Assembly: GCA_037133055.1 (NCBI GenBank)
Contig: JBAXOY010000056.1
Span: forward strand, 1-19,300
Source of the DNA: Chlamydiota bacterium
GTDB lineage: Bacteria; Auribacterota; Tritonobacteria; UBA1439
Reading direction: 5' to 3'
Length of the DNA stretch: 19,300 bases
Within the stretch, counting starts at the first letter, position 1. Each line of letters opens with the position of its first letter. Below the pieces are notes generated by a model. It saw only the letters and a list, made by a program, of their open reading frames with translations. It did not search any database and was not told the DNA's origin. This document shows positions 16,268 to 19,300 of the stretch, piece by piece. Made by a program: the position numbers and the translations under genes.

Positions 16268-17383
16268 CTATTCTTGTATCTTGACCTGCGTCCCCACGGG
16301 CACGATCGTGTAGAGCTCCTCCACGTCCCTGTTGAGCATCCGGACGCAGCCCGCGCTCGACTGCTTCCCGATCGTCTCGGGCTCCCAGGTGCCGTGGATG
16401 CCGTAGCCGGGCGAGTCGATGGCCATCCAGCGCGTGCCGAGAAGGTTCGCCTGATCCCCGTAGGGGATGACCCCGCCGCCGGGCCTGAACCACTCCGGTT
16501 TCTCCTGCTTCAGGGTGATCCTGAAGTCGCCGGTCGGCGTCGAGCCCTTCTTGCCGGTCCCGACGGAGTAGAGCTTCGCGGGATGGTCGTCCGCGACGAG
16601 CAGGAGCGTGTTGTCCGACTTGTCCACGACGATGGAGAATTGCAGCGCGCACACCTTCAGGAGGTCGCCGACCCTCAGGGTGTCGCGCCCCGGCTCCTTC
16701 CCGTTCATCTGCCTGAGGAGATCGACGGTGGTGCCGGCCTGCTTCGCGATTGACTGGAGGGAGTCGCCGGCCCCGACGGTGTACTCCTGGGTGCCCGGGG
16801 TGATCGTCCTCGAGAAAAGCGCCCTGATGAACAGGTCGCCCGGTTTCCCGCGCACGATGCCCGGGGAAATCCGCGCCGCCTCCCGCGCGGCGACAAGGGC
16901 CCCCGCCAGGTCGCCCTCCTTCTCGAGTATATCCGCGCGCACGGTGAGGGCGTCGGCCTTGAGCGGCGAGCCGGGATAATCGCGGAGGAAGGCGTCGAGG
17001 TATCTGTTCGCGTCGCCGAGGCGCTTGCCGCGGACCGCGGCCCGCGCCAGGGCGAGGGTTGCCTGGGGGTGAAACGACCTCGTCTCGGGGGAGGCGAGCA
17101 CCTTCTCCCACGACTCGATCGCCTGGTCGGCGCGGCCGGTCTCCTCCATGGCGACACACACGCGGCAGAGGGCGTCCATCCCCTCGGAAGAATTGGGGCG
17201 CGTGTTGTAGACGACCTTCAGCGGTCCCGAGGCGCGGGCGTACTCCTTTTCATCGAAGAGGCGCACGCCGAGGGCGTAGTCGGCCCGCCACTGCTTCAGC
17301 CTCCAGCCGTGATAGACGAACGCCGCCCCCGCCCCGAGGAGGACGAGGACCGCAATGACCGTGACCGTTCTGCTGCGCGCCAT
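16268..17383 (-). CDS. Membrane-anchored L,D-transpeptidase (YkuD) with TPR repeats and LysM domain
   Basis: N-terminal TM; TPR-like helices (FLRDYPGS); LysM YTVGAGDSLQSIAK; catalytic GIHGT...SSAGCVRM. Confidence 0.9.
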   Translation of the reverse strand: MARSRTVTVIAVLVLLGAGAAFVYHGWRLKQWRADYALGVRLFDEKEYARASGPLKVVYNTRPNSSEGMDALCRVCVAMEETGRADQAIESWEKVLASPETRSFHPQATLALARAAVRGKRLGDANRYLDAFLRDYPGSPLKADALTVRADILEKEGDLAGALVAAREAARISPGIVRGKPGDLFIRALFSRTITPGTQEYTVGAGDSLQSIAKQAGTTVDLLRQMNGKEPGRDTLRVGDLLKVCALQFSIVVDKSDNTLLLVADDHPAKLYSVGTGKKGSTPTGDFRITLKQEKPEWFRPGGGVIPYGDQANLLGTRWMAIDSPGYGIHGTWEPETIGKQSSAGCVRMLNRDVEELYTIVPVGTQVKIQE

Positions 17384-17445
17384 CTGACCGCCCCTGCCGT
17401 GGAGACCCGCGCCGCGCGCGGGCAGGCCACCGCCCTTCTGCGAAC

Positions 17446-17451
17446 AGTATA
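17446..17451 (-). promoter_or_regulatory. Possible internal -10 element upstream of the L,D-transpeptidase
   Basis: Minus strand TATACT just after the pssA stop; only a weak -35 (TTAAAG at 18 nt). Confidence 0.35.
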
Positions 17452-17471
17452 CATGAACGGGGGGTGAACCT

Positions 17472-18218
17472 TTAAGGATTTTTCCCGTCTTCCGGGAGCG
17501 CGTCGGTGAGGAGGACCGACCGGATCCACGAGGTGACGGTCCGGAAACGGAACCGCGCGAGGATGCCCGAGGCGACGTAGGCCGCGAAGAGGATGAAGAA
17601 CGAGATCTCGGGGAACGACGCCACCACGCTCGCCGTGATCACGATGCCGACCAGGTTGAGGAACGGCTTCTTCTTCCTCGCCCCCGCCCCCTGGAAGGCC
17701 GGGTAGCGGAGCGTGCAGACCATCAGGTACGAGAGGCCCAGCATCAGGAACGGGATGAGTTTGACGATGGCGTGCAGCTCGTACCTCCCGGCGAGCACGA
17801 TGACCGAGCAGATGAGCCCCGCGGCCGCCGGCGTGGGGAGTCCGGTAAAGGCCTTGCGCTCCTCCTTGAACGCCTGGGCGTTGTAGCGGGCGAGCCGCAG
17901 GGCGCAGCAGACCGCGTAAAGGAAGACGATGCCGACCCCGAAACGCCCCATCCCGGAGAGGACCATCGAGTAGCCCATGAAGGCGGGGACGATGCCGAAG
18001 CTCAGCATGTCGGCGAGCGAATCGTATTCGATCCCGAAGCGCGTCGTGGCGCCCTTCAGGCGCGCCACATACCCGTCCACGAAATCGAAGAGCATCGCCA
18101 CCAGGCACGACTCCGCCGCGTAGAGGTACTGGCTTCGCATGATGAAGGTCATCGCCAGCATCCCGCAGAAGAAGTTGGCCGTGGTGAGCAGCCCCGGGAG
18201 TATCGCCACCTTTTTCAT
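17472..18218 (-). CDS. pssA: CDP-diacylglycerol--serine O-phosphatidyltransferase
   Basis: CDP-alcohol phosphotransferase motif DFVDGYVAR...FGIEYDSLADMLSFG; ALRLARYN; FTGLPTPAAA. ATG 18218 overlaps the psd stop (ATGA). Confidence 0.93.
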   Translation of the reverse strand: MKKVAILPGLLTTANFFCGMLAMTFIMRSQYLYAAESCLVAMLFDFVDGYVARLKGATTRFGIEYDSLADMLSFGIVPAFMGYSMVLSGMGRFGVGIVFLYAVCCALRLARYNAQAFKEERKAFTGLPTPAAAGLICSVIVLAGRYELHAIVKLIPFLMLGLSYLMVCTLRYPAFQGAGARKKKPFLNLVGIVITASVVASFPEISFFILFAAYVASGILARFRFRTVTSWIRSVLLTDALPEDGKNP

Positions 18219-18844
18219 CCGATCCCCGCGATCACCGTCTCCCCTCCGCGGACGCGCTGTCCCTCGCGGACCATGATGCGCGCAGCGAGCGGGAGGAAGA
18301 CATCCACCCGCGAGCCGAACTTGATAAGGCCGATCCGCTCGCCCGCGCGCAGGCGGTCGCCGACCGTGCACCGGCAGACGATCCGGCGCGCGATCATCCC
18401 CGCGATCTGCCGGACCGCCATGGCGGTGTCCTTCGCCCTGATGCCGATCGTGTTGTTCTCGTTCACCACGGAGGCGATGTCCCGCATCGCGTTCCTGAAC
18501 GAGCCCCGGCGGTAGTGCATGTAGTCCACCGTGCCGCTCATGGGGGCATAGTTCACGTGGACGTCGAAGACCGAAAGAAAGATGCTGATCCTCTTCACCC
18601 TGCGGCCGAAATAGCCCTGCTCCGCCACCTCGTCGATGCGCGTCACCCTCCCGTCCGCCGGGGCGATAACCCCCCCGTCGACCGCCGGGGCGACCCGGAC
18701 GGGGTCGCGAAAGAAGGCGGCGAGGCAGGCAGCAAGGGCAAGCGGCAGCAGCGCCCAGGCCGGGCTGAACCAGGCCGTTGCGGCGGCGGCGGCGAGCGCG
18801 AGCACGATATAGGGAAACCCTTCGCGGGCGACCGGAATCCTCAC
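18215..18844 (-). CDS. psd: Phosphatidylserine decarboxylase proenzyme (short type)
   Basis: FFRDP.R, APADG, SIFLSVFDVHVN, RQIAG.IARRI, FGSRVD self-cleavage site. GTG 18844 with GAGGAG SD; alternative start 18868. Confidence 0.93.
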   Translation of the reverse strand: MRIPVAREGFPYIVLALAAAAATAWFSPAWALLPLALAACLAAFFRDPVRVAPAVDGGVIAPADGRVTRIDEVAEQGYFGRRVKRISIFLSVFDVHVNYAPMSGTVDYMHYRRGSFRNAMRDIASVVNENNTIGIRAKDTAMAVRQIAGMIARRIVCRCTVGDRLRAGERIGLIKFGSRVDVFLPLAARIMVREGQRVRGGETVIAGIG

Positions 18845-18929
18845 CTTTTCTCTCCTCTCTCCCTCCACGTAACCACTTTACAGTTAACCATCTCCCCCCT
18901 CCCCGGTCAAGGAAAATGCCCCCTCACGG

Positions 18930-19033
18930 GTACGGGGTCACTTTTGGGGGTATCTTCTTCCAGATCATCATTCCAGAGAAAGAGGGAATCCAGCGTAGCA
19001 CATTTCAACGCCGGGACGCAGATGAACGCAGAT
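18930..19033 (-). repeat. Composite repeat module, right copy (inverted relative to 179-304)
   Basis: Reverse complement reads ATCTGCGTTCATCTGCGTCCC.G.GTTGAA...ACGCTGGATTCCC...GGAATGA..ATC.GGAAGAAGATACCCCC..AAGTGACCC.GTAC. Confidence 0.9.
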
Positions 19034-19300
19034 CGTCAGGATGAACGCGGATAAGACTATGTCGTAAAGGCATAAAGGGAAACGGCATTCGGACGCAGAT
19101 GAACGCAGAGCACGCAGATACCACAACGGAAAGAAACTGAAAGAAACGGTGTTCGGGACGCAGATGAACGCAGAGCACGCAGATTTGGAAACGGCGGGGC
19201 GCAAAGATACGACTGTATTTTTCTGGACGCGGATTGCCGCGGATGAACGCGGATAACTATGCGGCACAAAGATGAAAAGGATTTCGGGACGCAGATGAAC
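19013..19300 (+). repeat. Array of GGACGCAGATGAACGCAGA(GCACGCAGAT)-type repeats with A-rich spacers; truncated by the window end
   Basis: Copies begin near 19014, 19091, 19156, 19225 and 19287, plus a partial copy at 19039. Confidence 0.9.

Noticed and set aside
18871..18910. psd promoter TTGACC-17-TTAACT on the minus strand
   Set aside because: Plausible -35 but poor -10, with an alternative TAAAGT nearby; cannot be placed with confidence.
18968..19269. ORFs 18968-19267 and 19057-19269 (also 158-388 and 15139-16284)
   Set aside because: Translations of the repeat (SAFICV, ICVHLR, TQMNAD, IRVHPR peptides) or antisense shadows; no protein family signal.
19013..19300. True CRISPR array
   Set aside because: Repeats vary in sequence and length, spacers resemble one another, the same motif is scattered in both orientations elsewhere, and no cas genes are visible.
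1..19300. First and last 10 bases are identical (GCAGATGAAC), suggesting a circular element
   Set aside because: Both ends fall inside a multicopy repeat, and the content is chromosomal housekeeping (leuS, accA). Window or assembly boundaries in repeats explain it.

Overview
GC-rich bacterial chromosomal segment made of two convergent gene runs. On the + strand (373-7630) is a Cus/Sil-type tripartite Cu(I)/Ag(I) RND efflux system (TolC-family outer-membrane factor, metal-binding membrane fusion protein, CusA-like pump), followed by an ArsB/NhaD-family permease with its own nearly leaderless promoter. On the - strand (18844-7667) is a housekeeping run: psd, pssA, TPR-LysM L,D-transpeptidase, accA, nucleotide-sugar epimerase, short ArgA-type GNAT, MEMO1-family, AMMECR1-family, leuS, comEA, STAS protein and a zinc-ribbon membrane protein. 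No RNA genes, transposase or cas genes are visible. Two things stand out. (1) A family of modular non-coding repeats occupies many of the intergenic spaces: a ~105-125 bp composite module in inverted orientation upstream of each gene run, a CRISPR-spaced array at the right end, a ~90 bp direct repeat around the epimerase gene (one copy bracketed by an apparent 11-bp target-site duplication), and short 7-10 bp periodic tracts. (2) The MEMO1 and AMMECR1 proteins both carry signal/lipoprotein peptides and a second internal ribosome-binding site plus start codon, and no radical SAM partner is present in the window.
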